Positions 1-9,995 of a DNA stretch of 64,000 bases are shown one piece after another (position 1 is the first letter of the stretch; each line of letters opens with the position of its first letter). Position numbers and translations under genes: made by a program. Source of the DNA: an uncultured Methanolobus sp. (GTDB lineage Archaea > Halobacteriota > Methanosarcinia > Methanosarcinales > Methanosarcinaceae); contig OY776215.1 of the NCBI GenBank assembly GCA_963675495.1, positions 1,632,001-1,696,000 on the forward strand. Direction: 5' to 3'. Below the pieces are notes generated by a model, which made no database searches, was not told the origin of the DNA, and worked only from the letters and a program-made list of their open reading frames with translations.

Positions 1-813
1 AACCTCCTTGGAATCGATCTTTACAGGGCGGAAGATGTAGGATTCACAGGATATGAGAATTTAGCACTGGTCGACTGTTCAGTACCTGGTGCAAATAATT
101 CCCTGCCACCTGAAACACATGTAAATATAATAATTGATCACCATCCAATCCCGGATGCTGAAATTGATGCGGAATTCATAGACATTCGTCCGAATGTTGG
201 TGCTGCTGCGACTATACTGACAAAGTATCTGCAGGAACTCAACGTGGACATCAATAGTGATCTGGCAACTGCCCTGCTCTACGGTATAAGGACCGATACA
301 CTTGATTTTAAGAGAAACACAGATTCTGCCGATCTTTCGGCTGCTTCATATTTGTATCCCCTTTCTGACCACGACGTACTGGAACAGCTGGAACGTCCTT
401 CCATGTCCATAGAAACACTGGACGTGCTTGGTGAAGCCATAAACAGACGTCAGGTCGTTGGAAGTTACCTGCTTTCCAACGTGGGAAGTATACGCAACAG
501 GGATACATTACCACAGGCAGCAGACTATCTTCTTAACCTCGAAGGTATATCAACTTCCATTGTGTTTGGTGTCACTGAAGAAAAGATATACATTTCCGGA
601 CGCAGCAATGACATTAGGGTGAACCTTGGCGACATTATGAAACATGCATTCGGTGAAGATGCAGGAGGAGGACATGCAACTGCGGCAGCAGCACAAATTC
701 CCCTGGGAGTGTTTAGCGCTGCAAAGGATCGTCAGACCCTTCTGAGGCTTGTAAATGAAGCAGTTGTAAAAAGATTCTTAGCAGCTGTTGGTGTAGAAGA
801 GGCAGATGAATAA
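1..813 (+). CDS. DHH-family phosphoesterase (5'-truncated by window)
   Basis: Frame is open from base 1 and contains IIIDHHP, LLYGIRTDT and the C-terminal DHHA1 motif GGGH. Confidence 0.85.
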   Translation, partial: NLLGIDLYRAEDVGFTGYENLALVDCSVPGANNSLPPETHVNIIIDHHPIPDAEIDAEFIDIRPNVGAAATILTKYLQELNVDINSDLATALLYGIRTDTLDFKRNTDSADLSAASYLYPLSDHDVLEQLERPSMSIETLDVLGEAINRRQVVGSYLLSNVGSIRNRDTLPQAADYLLNLEGISTSIVFGVTEEKIYISGRSNDIRVNLGDIMKHAFGEDAGGGHATAAAAQIPLGVFSAAKDRQTLLRLVNEAVVKRFLAAVGVEEADE

Positions 814-870
814 ACTCTTCTAATCTTACTTTTTTGCATTAACAAATCCTTGATTTTGAGATAGCGGAAA

Positions 871-1581
871 ATGAACATCAGATTCAGAGATATCCTCATC
901 ATGCAGCTGGAAGAAGAGTTGCAAACTGCAAAACAGATAGATACCGATGAACTTGCAGATGAGATCCACAATATAGGATTTGATTGCCTGATGTGTGGGA
1001 AATGCTGCCGCCGGGAACATGGAGATAACCGGGTTGCTGTTGTCCCTGCTGAGATCCGCAGCATACAAAAAGGCAGTAACATTGAATGGAATAAAATAGC
1101 AGAGCCATTAAACATAGAAGCGGACTCTGGAGAAGAAGAATACAGCTTTCAAAAAGAGTCCGGCATGATAGATGAAGATGGCAATATCCATACATTCGGA
1201 TGGATGCTCCACAGGAAAAAAAACAGGGATTGCACCTTTATCCCGGATGAAAAAAAGGACAACCGATGTAGAATATATAAACAAAGGCCGCTCCTGTGCA
1301 GCACGTACCCTTTCTACATGGAAGGACTTGAACTCAAAACATCCGAATGTGATGGACTGGGAAGGGAAAGCACATGGCTGAAAAGTAAAGAAATTGCTGA
1401 GCAGGTGCTTAAAAGATACCTGTGTGAACTGCAGGACACTATCCTTACATATGAGAACTATAATGGGTTCACAAAAAGCGAAAACGGACAGATTATCGCA
1501 GAATCTAACATGAAGCAAGGCTACTTAAATTACGCCGTTCATAATAGTGAGGGAACCTGTAATATCACAAAAATGATTTGA
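871..1581 (+). CDS. YkgJ-family (Fe-S/Zn cysteine cluster) protein
   Basis: FDCLMCGKCC, CTF, CRIYKQRPLLCSTYPF and ECDG motifs. Confidence 0.85.
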   Translation: MNIRFRDILIMQLEEELQTAKQIDTDELADEIHNIGFDCLMCGKCCRREHGDNRVAVVPAEIRSIQKGSNIEWNKIAEPLNIEADSGEEEYSFQKESGMIDEDGNIHTFGWMLHRKKNRDCTFIPDEKKDNRCRIYKQRPLLCSTYPFYMEGLELKTSECDGLGRESTWLKSKEIAEQVLKRYLCELQDTILTYENYNGFTKSENGQIIAESNMKQGYLNYAVHNSEGTCNITKMI

Positions 1582-1633
1582 ATTTAAGCTTATCGATTGA
1601 TTTATAATGAATAAACATTATGCAGGAATAAAC

Positions 1634-2914
1634 ATGTCCACTAACAATGAACCTATGACGATCTCTGAGAAGATCTTTTCAAAGGCTGCCGGTAAAACGG
1701 TAAAAGCCGGAGAATTCGTAATGGCAAATATAGACAGGGCAATGACCCACGACATCACAGGACCTCTCGCTGTAGAAGGATTCTACGATATAATGAGGGA
1801 CAAGGAAGAAAAGAAAGTATGGGATCCAAGCAAGATAGTTATTCTTTTCGACCACCAGGTTCCTGCAGACTCACTTAATGCTGCAGCCAACCACACCATG
1901 CTCAGGAAATTTGCCAAAGAGCAGGGAATTATTAATTATGACGTTTTTGAAGGTGTCTGCCACCAGGTAATGCCTGAGAAGGGACACGTCAAACCCGGTG
2001 ACCTTGTAGTAGGCTCTGACTCCCACACCTGTGCCTATGGTTCACTTGGTGCATTCTCAACTGGTATCGGTTCAACCGATATGGCAGCTGTGTTCGCATC
2101 AGGAAAACTCTGGTTCAAAGTTCCTGAGACGATCAGGTTCGAAGTCGAAGGAAAGCTTCCAAAGCACGTCTATTCCAAGGACGTTATCCTCCACCTCATA
2201 GGAGACGTAGGTGCAGAAGGTGCAAGATACAAAGCAGCAGAATATGCAGGATCAACCATCAGGTCAATGCCAATATCCGAACGTATGACCGTTTCCAACA
2301 TGGCAATCGAAATGGGAGGAAAAGCAGGCATAATAGAAGCTGATGAGATTACCGAAAAATATCTCAGAGAACGCATACCTGACTATGAGTTCGATCCATA
2401 CTGGGCATCCGATGAGGGAGCAGAATGCGAACTTCATAAGTACGATGTCAGCAACCTTGAGCCACAGGTAGCATGTCCTCACAATGTGGATAACGTTAAA
2501 CCTGTAACAGAAGTTGAAGGCACAAAAGTAGATCAGGTATTCGTAGGATCCTGTACCAACGGACGTTTCGAAGATATTGAAATTGTTGCAAAGATGATGG
2601 GCGATGAGCCTGTTGCAAAGGGTGTAAGACTCCTTATCATCCCTGCATCAAGGACAGAATACATGAAAGTTCTCAGGGCAGGATACGTAGAACAATTCAT
2701 GGAAGCAGGGGCAATGGTAGAATCCCCATGCTGTGGTCCATGTATGGGTGGTTCTTTCGGACTTCTCGGTGACGGAGAAGTTGGACTTGCAACATCCAAC
2801 CGTAACTTCAAGGGACGAGAAGGAAGCCCACAATCCTTTGTATACCTGAGTTCACCTGCAACAGCAGCAGCGTCCGCACTCACCGGAGAGATAACAGATC
2901 CAAGGAAGATCTGA
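1634..2914 (+). CDS. 3-isopropylmalate dehydratase/homoaconitase large subunit (LeuC/HacA family)
   Basis: DHQVP, GVCHQ, GSDSHT, GSCTNGR, CGPCMG and TSNRNFKGR motifs; ATG at 1634 follows AGGA. Confidence 0.9.
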   Translation: MSTNNEPMTISEKIFSKAAGKTVKAGEFVMANIDRAMTHDITGPLAVEGFYDIMRDKEEKKVWDPSKIVILFDHQVPADSLNAAANHTMLRKFAKEQGIINYDVFEGVCHQVMPEKGHVKPGDLVVGSDSHTCAYGSLGAFSTGIGSTDMAAVFASGKLWFKVPETIRFEVEGKLPKHVYSKDVILHLIGDVGAEGARYKAAEYAGSTIRSMPISERMTVSNMAIEMGGKAGIIEADEITEKYLRERIPDYEFDPYWASDEGAECELHKYDVSNLEPQVACPHNVDNVKPVTEVEGTKVDQVFVGSCTNGRFEDIEIVAKMMGDEPVAKGVRLLIIPASRTEYMKVLRAGYVEQFMEAGAMVESPCCGPCMGGSFGLLGDGEVGLATSNRNFKGREGSPQSFVYLSSPATAAASALTGEITDPRKI

Positions 2915-2942
2915 TATCTTTTTATTTTCAATGAGAGACCAC

Positions 2943-2955
2943 AAAAGATATATTA
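2943..2955 (+). promoter_or_regulatory. BRE/TATA-like promoter for the candidate sRNA
   Basis: AAAAG-ATATATTA, ending about 24 nt upstream of the hairpin start at 2979. Confidence 0.5.
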
Positions 2956-2978
2956 CTCAAATTTATATGATAGTTTCA

Positions 2979-3050
2979 GACGTTGGAATAACCAACACTA
3001 CCCCGTCATATTGTGTGTGGATTACAACCAACGTCACTAAGACTTTTTTT
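2979..3050 (+). ncRNA. Candidate intergenic small RNA (hairpin with C-rich loop, oligo-U end)
   Basis: GACGTTGG (2979-2986) pairs with CCAACGTC (3028-3035); inner imperfect stem; T7 run at 3044-3050; upstream TATA. Confidence 0.55.
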
Positions 3051-3127
3051 CAATATTTTTAACATTAATGGTGTCTTTGCACCATAAAGATGTAATATGA
3101 TTACCATATATTTGAAAAGGATAAATT

Positions 3128-3427
3128 ATGCCAGATACTGACCTCTCAATTTTTGACGAATTATATGGAATCATAAAAGACAGGAAAGAGAACCCTGTTG
3201 AGGATTCATACGTATGCTCCTTGCTCAACCACAGAAAAGGTATTGACAAAATACTGGAAAAAGTAGGAGAAGAATCAATTGAAACTATACTTGCTGTGAA
3301 AAGCGAAAAAAAAGAAGAGATCATATACGAATCATCAGATCTTCTTTTTCACCTCATGGTGATGTTTGTGGCAGAGGGAATAACTCTCGAAGAAATTGCC
3401 ACCGAGCTTCAGAAAAGAAGAAAATAG
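3128..3427 (+). CDS. hisE: Phosphoribosyl-ATP pyrophosphohydrolase
   Basis: [16 protein letters not shown] and [11 protein letters not shown] motifs. Confidence 0.95.
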   Translation: MPDTDLSIFDELYGIIKDRKENPVEDSYVCSLLNHRKGIDKILEKVGEESIETILAVKSEKKEEIIYESSDLLFHLMVMFVAEGITLEEIATELQKRRK

Positions 3428-3429
3428 TT

Positions 3430-4305
3430 TTAATAAACTATCAATTCGTGGAAGACATCCTTTTTGGACAGGACGCCTTTTGGCTCACCGTCGAACGAAA
3501 CCAGTAAAAAACCGATATCGTGTTCGTCAAAAACCTTCACGGCATCATAAAGCGAGGTTTCTGAATCTACAGTTATAAGATTGCGGGTCATTATTTCCTT
3601 GACCTTAGCAGTCATTTTACCTTTTGCTACAGCATCGCCTATATCCGTAAAGGTGACAATACCAATTACTTCACCATTGTCAATTACAGGTGCCCCATGT
3701 ATACTGTTATCTACAAGCAAGCGTGCAGTTTCCTGAATAGAGGCATTTCCGCTTATAGATATCATATTCAAACGGGCATAGTCCTTAACAGGCTTCTTTG
3801 GGAGAGAGATCATTTCATTTATAGAGAAGACAAGAGTGTTCTTTGTGTCATCCCTTCCCACTACCTCACCACGAACTATTAATTTGTTAACAGGTGTGGG
3901 ACCAATCTGAAAAAGGTCACCCTGTTCAAATCCCTTGATGTTGCCAAGAACCTTGATCATACCGTGGCAAAGATCCGGGTGTCTTACTGTAGTGAAACTT
4001 ATCTCAGCTACCGTTGCACCATCCACAAGGTTATCGTTCCTATAGATCGGCACTGCAGCCTCGTGATCCATTGCAGTGATACTTAAAGCTTCATAAGCAT
4101 CGCCTGTTGCTTTGTAGCCCCCTTTGGGACCGGGAACCCCTTCAACAAGACCAAGAACTTTCAAAGATTGCATCTGATTCCGAACAGTGCCAGGGTTACG
4201 GCTAATAAGCTCTGCAATCTCTTCGCCTTTAACAGCACGGTCTTTTTCTCTTTGTAAATTAATCAATGCAATCAAAATATCTTTTTGTATGGGAGTCAGT
4301 TCCAT
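3430..4305 (-). CDS. wHTH transcriptional regulator with tandem CBS domains (COG2524-like)
   Basis: N-terminal HTH (VKGEEIAELISRNPGTVRNQMQSL..GPKGGY) and a C-terminal CBS pair; start set at MELTPIQ. Confidence 0.85.
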   Translation of the reverse strand: MELTPIQKDILIALINLQREKDRAVKGEEIAELISRNPGTVRNQMQSLKVLGLVEGVPGPKGGYKATGDAYEALSITAMDHEAAVPIYRNDNLVDGATVAEISFTTVRHPDLCHGMIKVLGNIKGFEQGDLFQIGPTPVNKLIVRGEVVGRDDTKNTLVFSINEMISLPKKPVKDYARLNMISISGNASIQETARLLVDNSIHGAPVIDNGEVIGIVTFTDIGDAVAKGKMTAKVKEIMTRNLITVDSETSLYDAVKVFDEHDIGFLLVSFDGEPKGVLSKKDVFHELIVY

Positions 4306-4461
4306 AAAATCACCGGTCCATAAACTAAAATCTAGTTTATACATACTCAAAGAAGATATATAAAATATAGTATTACCCCCTAAGGATATAAGAACAGATT
4401 ACACTTATAAGGAACAGGAATTTATATCTTAAAGTGATTTGAGCCAACGACAGGAAGGAAT

Positions 4462-5457
4462 ATGATTTTTGAAAAAATAAATACAGTCCCTACATCGGAT
4501 GAATTGCTGGACAAATCGTTCAGAAGAGCCACTAGGGCAATGTCAGGAAAAACTATTACCGGAAGGAAGACCGCTCTTCAAGCGAACGAGTCTATGGTAC
4601 TGACAGCTGCTAACATACTTACAGATAACCTAAAGAATATAGTCAGAAGATTCCCTACTTTTGAGAACCTGCCCCCATTCTATTATGAACTTGCAGATGT
4701 AATGGTAGGCGTCGATGACATGAGACAATCCCTTAGCAGGCTTGATTGGGCCAGTGCAAAGATACACGAGGTTGCAAGGGATCACGTAGGAAAAATGAGA
4801 AAGACCAGAGACCCCATGCCTGTTAGAAAACAGTGTTTTGGACGTCTTTCATCCATCATAAACTCAATCGATAAGGACCTGCTTTTCCTGAATGAGGCCA
4901 GGAACAAACTCCGAAAACTTCCTTCAGTACATGACGAGCCAACCATTGTGGTTGCAGGATACCCCAACATAGGTAAATCAAGTTTTGTCACAAAGGTCAC
5001 AGGAGCAACGCCTGAGATAGCACCTTATCCATTTACCACCAAGGGTGTTTCGATCGGACATTTCTTTGTTGGAAATGACAGGTACCAGGTACTGGACACA
5101 CCTGGTCTTCTTGACAGGCCAATGTCAGATCGTAATGAAATTGAATTGCAGGCAATAACTGCACTAAAGAACCTGGACGCTGTGGTTCTTTTTATCATTG
5201 ATGCAAGTGAAACATGCGGATACGAGATCAAAGACCAGAAGCGTATGCTTGAAGAGGTCCGCAGTGAATTTAAATTACCGGTACTTGTTGTTGCGAACAA
5301 AGCGGATCTGCCACAATTCAGGGAACTTGATTATGTAGATATGAAAATGTCTACTGCAACAGATGAAGGTGTCAGTGAAGTAACCACAACCCTTATTGAG
5401 ATGGTTAAAAAAGAGATCAAAGAGAAAGAGAGAAGAAAAGAAGCTAATGACAGATGA
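4462..5457 (+). CDS. NOG1-family GTP-binding protein
   Basis: GYPNIGKSS, YPFTT, DTPGLLDR and NKAD motifs. Confidence 0.92.
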   Translation: MIFEKINTVPTSDELLDKSFRRATRAMSGKTITGRKTALQANESMVLTAANILTDNLKNIVRRFPTFENLPPFYYELADVMVGVDDMRQSLSRLDWASAKIHEVARDHVGKMRKTRDPMPVRKQCFGRLSSIINSIDKDLLFLNEARNKLRKLPSVHDEPTIVVAGYPNIGKSSFVTKVTGATPEIAPYPFTTKGVSIGHFFVGNDRYQVLDTPGLLDRPMSDRNEIELQAITALKNLDAVVLFIIDASETCGYEIKDQKRMLEEVRSEFKLPVLVVANKADLPQFRELDYVDMKMSTATDEGVSEVTTTLIEMVKKEIKEKERRKEANDR

Positions 5458-5472
5458 CCAGTAAGGTCATCA

Positions 5473-6594
5473 TCACAACACTTTTTTCATTATATCAAGC
5501 GCATTTTTTAGGTTGTCCATCGATGAAGCATATGAAAGGCGTATATGCCCTTCACCACGGTCACCAAATGCAGTTCCCGGAACAACAATAACACCATTGG
5601 ACACCAATTTTGATGCTATTTCTCCGGATTTTGAACCATCGGGAACTTCTGGGAAAGCATAGAATGCACCTTTTGGAGAAGCACAGTTCAAACCAATTAA
5701 GTTCAGGCCTTCCACAAGCATGTCCCTGCGGGCTTTGAACTCATCACGCATGGCAAAAACAGAGTCCATTGGCCCTTCGATAGCCGCAAGTGCAGCTTTC
5801 TGTGCAATGGAATTCGCGCATGCCTGTACATATTGGTGAACCTTGACCATCTGTTCGGTATATTCTTTTCTCGCCGCAACATAACCAATTCTCCACCCGG
5901 TCATGGAAAATGTCTTGGATACCGCGTTTACCGTGATTACATTATCAGAGAACTGCGCAGGACTGGCATGCTCACCCTCATAAATGAAATGCTCGTAAAC
6001 CTCGTCGGATATGATGGTGATTCCATAGTCATCTGCTATCTGAGCAAATGCTTTCATATCATCCTTACTTTGAACAGCACCGGTAGGATTTGCAGGAGAA
6101 TTAATTATCATTGCCTTTGTCTTTGGAGTTATTTTCTCCACGACATCTTCAGGACTTATTGTGAGGTCATCTGCAAGAGGAAGGGCCACTACACGACCAC
6201 CCATCAGGCTCACTAATGAGTTGTAGGAAACAAAACCAGGATTTGCCACCAATACCTCATCTCCCGGATCAACCAATGATGCAATTGCGATCTCAAGTGC
6301 CTCTGATGCACCTGAAGTAACAATGATCTCATCCGCAGAAGCGGCGAAACTATTCTCTTTTTGGAATTTGGAGCTTAAAGCCTGTCGAAGTTCAGGAATT
6401 CCCGGACCTGCCGTATAGCCCGTGAACCCTTCGTTAATAGCATCTATTGCAGCCTGCTTGATATGCTGCGGAGTGTCAAAATCAGGCTGTCCAAGACCAA
6501 GATTAATTGAATTCGGGCCTGCCCCCTCAAACATCTTCCTTATACCGGAGATGTCTATATCCAAAACCCTCTTTGCGAACTTCGATTCAGGCAT
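5473..6594 (-). CDS. PLP-dependent class I/II (aspartate-type) aminotransferase
   Basis: GQPDFDTP, NSPANPTG, SDEVY and SKTFSMTGWRIG motifs; start set at MPESKF. Confidence 0.92.
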   Translation of the reverse strand: MPESKFAKRVLDIDISGIRKMFEGAGPNSINLGLGQPDFDTPQHIKQAAIDAINEGFTGYTAGPGIPELRQALSSKFQKENSFAASADEIIVTSGASEALEIAIASLVDPGDEVLVANPGFVSYNSLVSLMGGRVVALPLADDLTISPEDVVEKITPKTKAMIINSPANPTGAVQSKDDMKAFAQIADDYGITIISDEVYEHFIYEGEHASPAQFSDNVITVNAVSKTFSMTGWRIGYVAARKEYTEQMVKVHQYVQACANSIAQKAALAAIEGPMDSVFAMRDEFKARRDMLVEGLNLIGLNCASPKGAFYAFPEVPDGSKSGEIASKLVSNGVIVVPGTAFGDRGEGHIRLSYASSMDNLKNALDIMKKVL

Positions 6595-6604
6595 AATTGT
6601 CCCT

Positions 6605-7213
6605 TCATTCAATATTAGTGTGCCTGGATTTAAGGTCCTCTTCAGAAGCACCTGTGATATAAATCAGCTCTGCGATAATAGCATCAAGGAACACGCTTGA
6701 GGATGTTTCAAAGGATGTCCCCAGTGGCGTAAGGTAGGTGTACTCACCACGCATGTGACGTTCAACATAGCCACCCACATCATCCTTATTCCTTCCAGGA
6801 AGAACAATTACAGTATCAGACAATTCGCCTAATTTGGAAGACTTATTGGAAGTAATTGTAACAAGTTTAGCGCCAATATCTTTAGCAACCTTTCCAAGAT
6901 CTGAAACTGAACGTGTCTGTCCTGAACCGGAAATAGCGATTACTATATCTTCCTTACTTACAGCAGGGGTTGTAGTCTCACCCACTACATGTGATGCAAA
7001 ACCAAGATGCATAAGCCTCATGGCAAATGCCCTTCCAACAAGACCGGAACGACCGGCGCCCATTACAAAGATGCGTCTTGCACCCGTTATGTCTACCAGC
7101 ATTTGCCGGACAGAATCCTTGTCAAGCTTTTCAGCCACATTTTCAAGATGCTCAGCCATTAATAAAATAGAAGATGTTAAAAATTTACATTCGGATAAAT
7201 GGATGTCTTTCAT
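6605..7213 (-). CDS. hxlB: 6-phospho-3-hexuloisomerase
   Basis: SIS domain: GAGRSG, FAMRLMHLG, ISGSGQT, PLGTSFE and C-terminal RHTNIE. Confidence 0.93.
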   Translation of the reverse strand: MKDIHLSECKFLTSSILLMAEHLENVAEKLDKDSVRQMLVDITGARRIFVMGAGRSGLVGRAFAMRLMHLGFASHVVGETTTPAVSKEDIVIAISGSGQTRSVSDLGKVAKDIGAKLVTITSNKSSKLGELSDTVIVLPGRNKDDVGGYVERHMRGEYTYLTPLGTSFETSSSVFLDAIIAELIYITGASEEDLKSRHTNIE

Positions 7214-7230
7214 CGGATTTCCTCATAGGG

Positions 7231-7764
7231 TCAATCGAAAATTATAGTACCATTATGTTTTTCTTTTGCATCGTCCTTATAATTGATGCTTTTTAGCTTC
7301 CAGCCTTCGATGTTGCTTAATTCCCCATACAAACGCATGATGTCAGAGTCATCTCCGGTCCAGTAGCAGTCTAAGATAGTGTCCTTATCTTTAAGTTCTT
7401 CGGTAATGGAACCTGCAAGATGGAAAAGAGCTTTTTTGCTGGAAAAAGGAACATTAAAAGTCGTTCTGTATCCATGCTTTGATTTTGCATAGGACACAAG
7501 TACATATCCATGGCTCTCATATTCCGTGATCTCCTCAAAATCACAGATAAATTCCAGTTCGTGGACTGCTGAGTGATCAATGTTAGAAATACCCAGAAGT
7601 ATCTGTCCGATCACAATATCCGGCACTTGCCTTCCAAACCATATGGATATTTTGCCGTATGTGCAGACTACATTCACATCATCCCTCCCCATCTCAAAGG
7701 AAGACAGGGAGAGATCAGGTGATATGAGGTTTTCTTGATTTTCTTTTTGTTCCATTTGCTTCAC
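7231..7764 (-). CDS. Hypothetical protein
   Basis: 177-aa ORF tightly packed in the operon; no family recognised. Confidence 0.7.
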   Translation of the reverse strand: MKQMEQKENQENLISPDLSLSSFEMGRDDVNVVCTYGKISIWFGRQVPDIVIGQILLGISNIDHSAVHELEFICDFEEITEYESHGYVLVSYAKSKHGYRTTFNVPFSSKKALFHLAGSITEELKDKDTILDCYWTGDDSDIMRLYGELSNIEGWKLKSINYKDDAKEKHNGTIIFD

Positions 7765-7769
7765 GCAAA

Positions 7770-8138
7770 TTATTTGTTCGCGGAAATAAGAGCACTTATC
7801 ATATTACGGTCCCTTCTAAGAGTCTTTAACTGATCGGCAGGTCCGATAACAGTGAGCCTTGACTTTAGGGTGTTCTTTTTAAGGATCTTACCTAAAAAAG
7901 AAGTATCCACTTCTGAAGGATAGCTTTCCATTTCTATACCTGAGAAGCCATCAGGTTCGATAAGGGTCATTGTCATCTCTATGAGGCTTGCTTCCTCTTC
8001 AGGACTCAGGCCTTTTTCAAGGACAAGTATCTTTCCGCTTTTCACTTCATCAATAATAAACCTGACCTTTTCAACCGGAGTCATTTCAGACAACCTGTGT
8101 TCTGATACAAGATCCATCTGGAAGCCCTGCATTGACAT
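7770..8138 (-). CDS. DUF2073/OapB-family protein
   Basis: ILVLEKGLSPEEEASLIEMTM, FSGIEMESYP and LTVIGPA motifs; lies downstream of an Era-like GTPase. Confidence 0.85.
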   Translation of the reverse strand: MSMQGFQMDLVSEHRLSEMTPVEKVRFIIDEVKSGKILVLEKGLSPEEEASLIEMTMTLIEPDGFSGIEMESYPSEVDTSFLGKILKKNTLKSRLTVIGPADQLKTLRRDRNMISALISANK

Positions 8139-8773
8139 CACCCGAACCTCTTTGCAAGTTCTTCATAGAATGTGTCTATATTCTTTCCTTCCAGAGCTGA
8201 AATTGAGACCATCGGATGTTGAGGGAAAGCATCCCTTATAGTTGACGGGGAAGCCTCTGCAAGATCAACCTTGTTGGCAACTATAAGAAGTGGAAGGCTT
8301 CTTGCTTCCATGTTACCAATAACAGTTACATTTACCTGGGTAAATGGATCTTCCGTGGCATCCATGACAAGAATAACACCATCGAGGTTCTCAAGCCACT
8401 TTACAGCTTCGATAACTCCTTCTGTTGCCTCTTTTGCACGTCTTTTTGATTCGGCTTCATCCATTCCCTGTTCCATGAATTCATGGAAATCGATCTTTGT
8501 AGCAAGTCCGGGAGTGTCGATAATATCAAGGGCTATGGAACTCCCATTTGTCTTGATGGTCACACCTTCCCTACGCCTTGCACGCCTTGTTTCATGAGCA
8601 ATGTGTGAAACAGAGCCCATGGCATCACCTGTCCAGTCCCTTACTATCCGGTTAGCAAGAGTGGTTTTCCCTGCATTTGGCGGTCCGTATATTCCTATTC
8701 GAGCATTTTGTTTTTTAAACATTCTCTTGAAAATGTCTGAAAAATTCTTTTTGAATTTTCTAATTACGCCCAT
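8138..8773 (-). CDS. Era-like GTP-binding protein (OapA family)
   Basis: GPPNAGKTT, HETR, DTPG and NKVD motifs. Confidence 0.9.
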   Translation of the reverse strand: MGVIRKFKKNFSDIFKRMFKKQNARIGIYGPPNAGKTTLANRIVRDWTGDAMGSVSHIAHETRRARRREGVTIKTNGSSIALDIIDTPGLATKIDFHEFMEQGMDEAESKRRAKEATEGVIEAVKWLENLDGVILVMDATEDPFTQVNVTVIGNMEARSLPLLIVANKVDLAEASPSTIRDAFPQHPMVSISALEGKNIDTFYEELAKRFG

Positions 8774-8885
8774 TCATTCCCTCCGTAAAGTATCATTATA
8801 TTAAATATTGGATAATTTTAGTAGTATAAACACTCATTAACATATATTTTTTATTATCCAAACCTGCAAATTGCTTATTAAAAGG

Positions 8886-9884
8886 TCATACATTCCGTGA
8901 CATTGCGCAATTTATTGCAATTTCTGCAATGTTGGAACCGTAGTCACCTGTTCGATCAATACTATCAACCACTGTACCAAGAGCAACAACTGATCCATAG
9001 GAATTTATATTCAAAATAGCTTCATTGAGTTTATGGATCATTGGAGACATCTTACTAACTCGGTCTATTACCTGATTAGCGAGCTCAACATCGAAATTAT
9101 ATAGAGCATCTATTGCATCCCGGACTATCTGTCTTGACATCTCAGAAGTCAATTCTATCATTTCCATGATATCGTCAGGAATTGGGGCATCAAGGGTAGT
9201 TGTGATCTTTGCAATCTTACGTGCGTGATCCGCTATACGCTCAATTGGACCGGCTGCCATTCTAAGATCATGGTATTCATCTATAGAGGTTTCCGCTGCA
9301 TCGGGCAACCTTGCCCCACGCAATATGGAACGGAACTGCTTTGCAATTAGCAGGAACAAACGATCTACATCATCATCCCTTTGATCAACATCCAAAGCAA
9401 GGTCCGCATCAAGGGTCTTAATAGCCTTTATTGCATCAATATGCATGGAATTCGAGATTAAGTACATCCTCCGAACACTCTTTTTTATGGAGATCTCATC
9501 GGGATTCAGAAGATCCTGGATTACTACCTTTTTTGCGGTTTCTTCTATAATTTCAGGGCCTATCAGTTTGTAACACATGCTGCGGATGACATTCTTCTGT
9601 TCGGCAAGTATCCTGTCAGCCTTTACTTCTATAATATCAGAACCTGCAAGGTACGCAGCTATCATGTCCCTTATAAGTGCATCACCCATTCTTCCTGTGA
9701 CATCTATCTGAATCTTCCTTACGGGAGGAGTGTCATGTATCGGATCAAGGACTAATTTACCATCCGGTTGAGGTTGCAAAGTCACTCTGCTGCCCGTTTT
9801 AATTCCAACCTTATCTGCCCAGGTTTTTGGAAGCGATATTATGTAAGTTGAACCACCTGTCTGCTGAACTTTTCTGGTTTCTAT
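8886..9884 (-). CDS. AbrB-PhoU phosphate uptake regulator; probable ATA start
   Basis: Frame continues 33 codons upstream of the listed ORF as (I)ETRKVQQTGGSTYIISLPKTWA (AbrB domain), followed by two PhoU repeats (DDDVDRL, ERIADHA, DRTGDY). Confidence 0.88.
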   Translation of the reverse strand: METRKVQQTGGSTYIISLPKTWADKVGIKTGSRVTLQPQPDGKLVLDPIHDTPPVRKIQIDVTGRMGDALIRDMIAAYLAGSDIIEVKADRILAEQKNVIRSMCYKLIGPEIIEETAKKVVIQDLLNPDEISIKKSVRRMYLISNSMHIDAIKAIKTLDADLALDVDQRDDDVDRLFLLIAKQFRSILRGARLPDAAETSIDEYHDLRMAAGPIERIADHARKIAKITTTLDAPIPDDIMEMIELTSEMSRQIVRDAIDALYNFDVELANQVIDRVSKMSPMIHKLNEAILNINSYGSVVALGTVVDSIDRTGDYGSNIAEIAINCAMSRNV

Positions 9885-9995
9885 TGAAATCCCTCATTTA
9901 TGATTAAAGACATCTAAATATATAGACTATAAAGCTCATATATAGGTGTTTCCTTGGACGAGAAATATATAAATATTTACATTCAATTTATGGAT

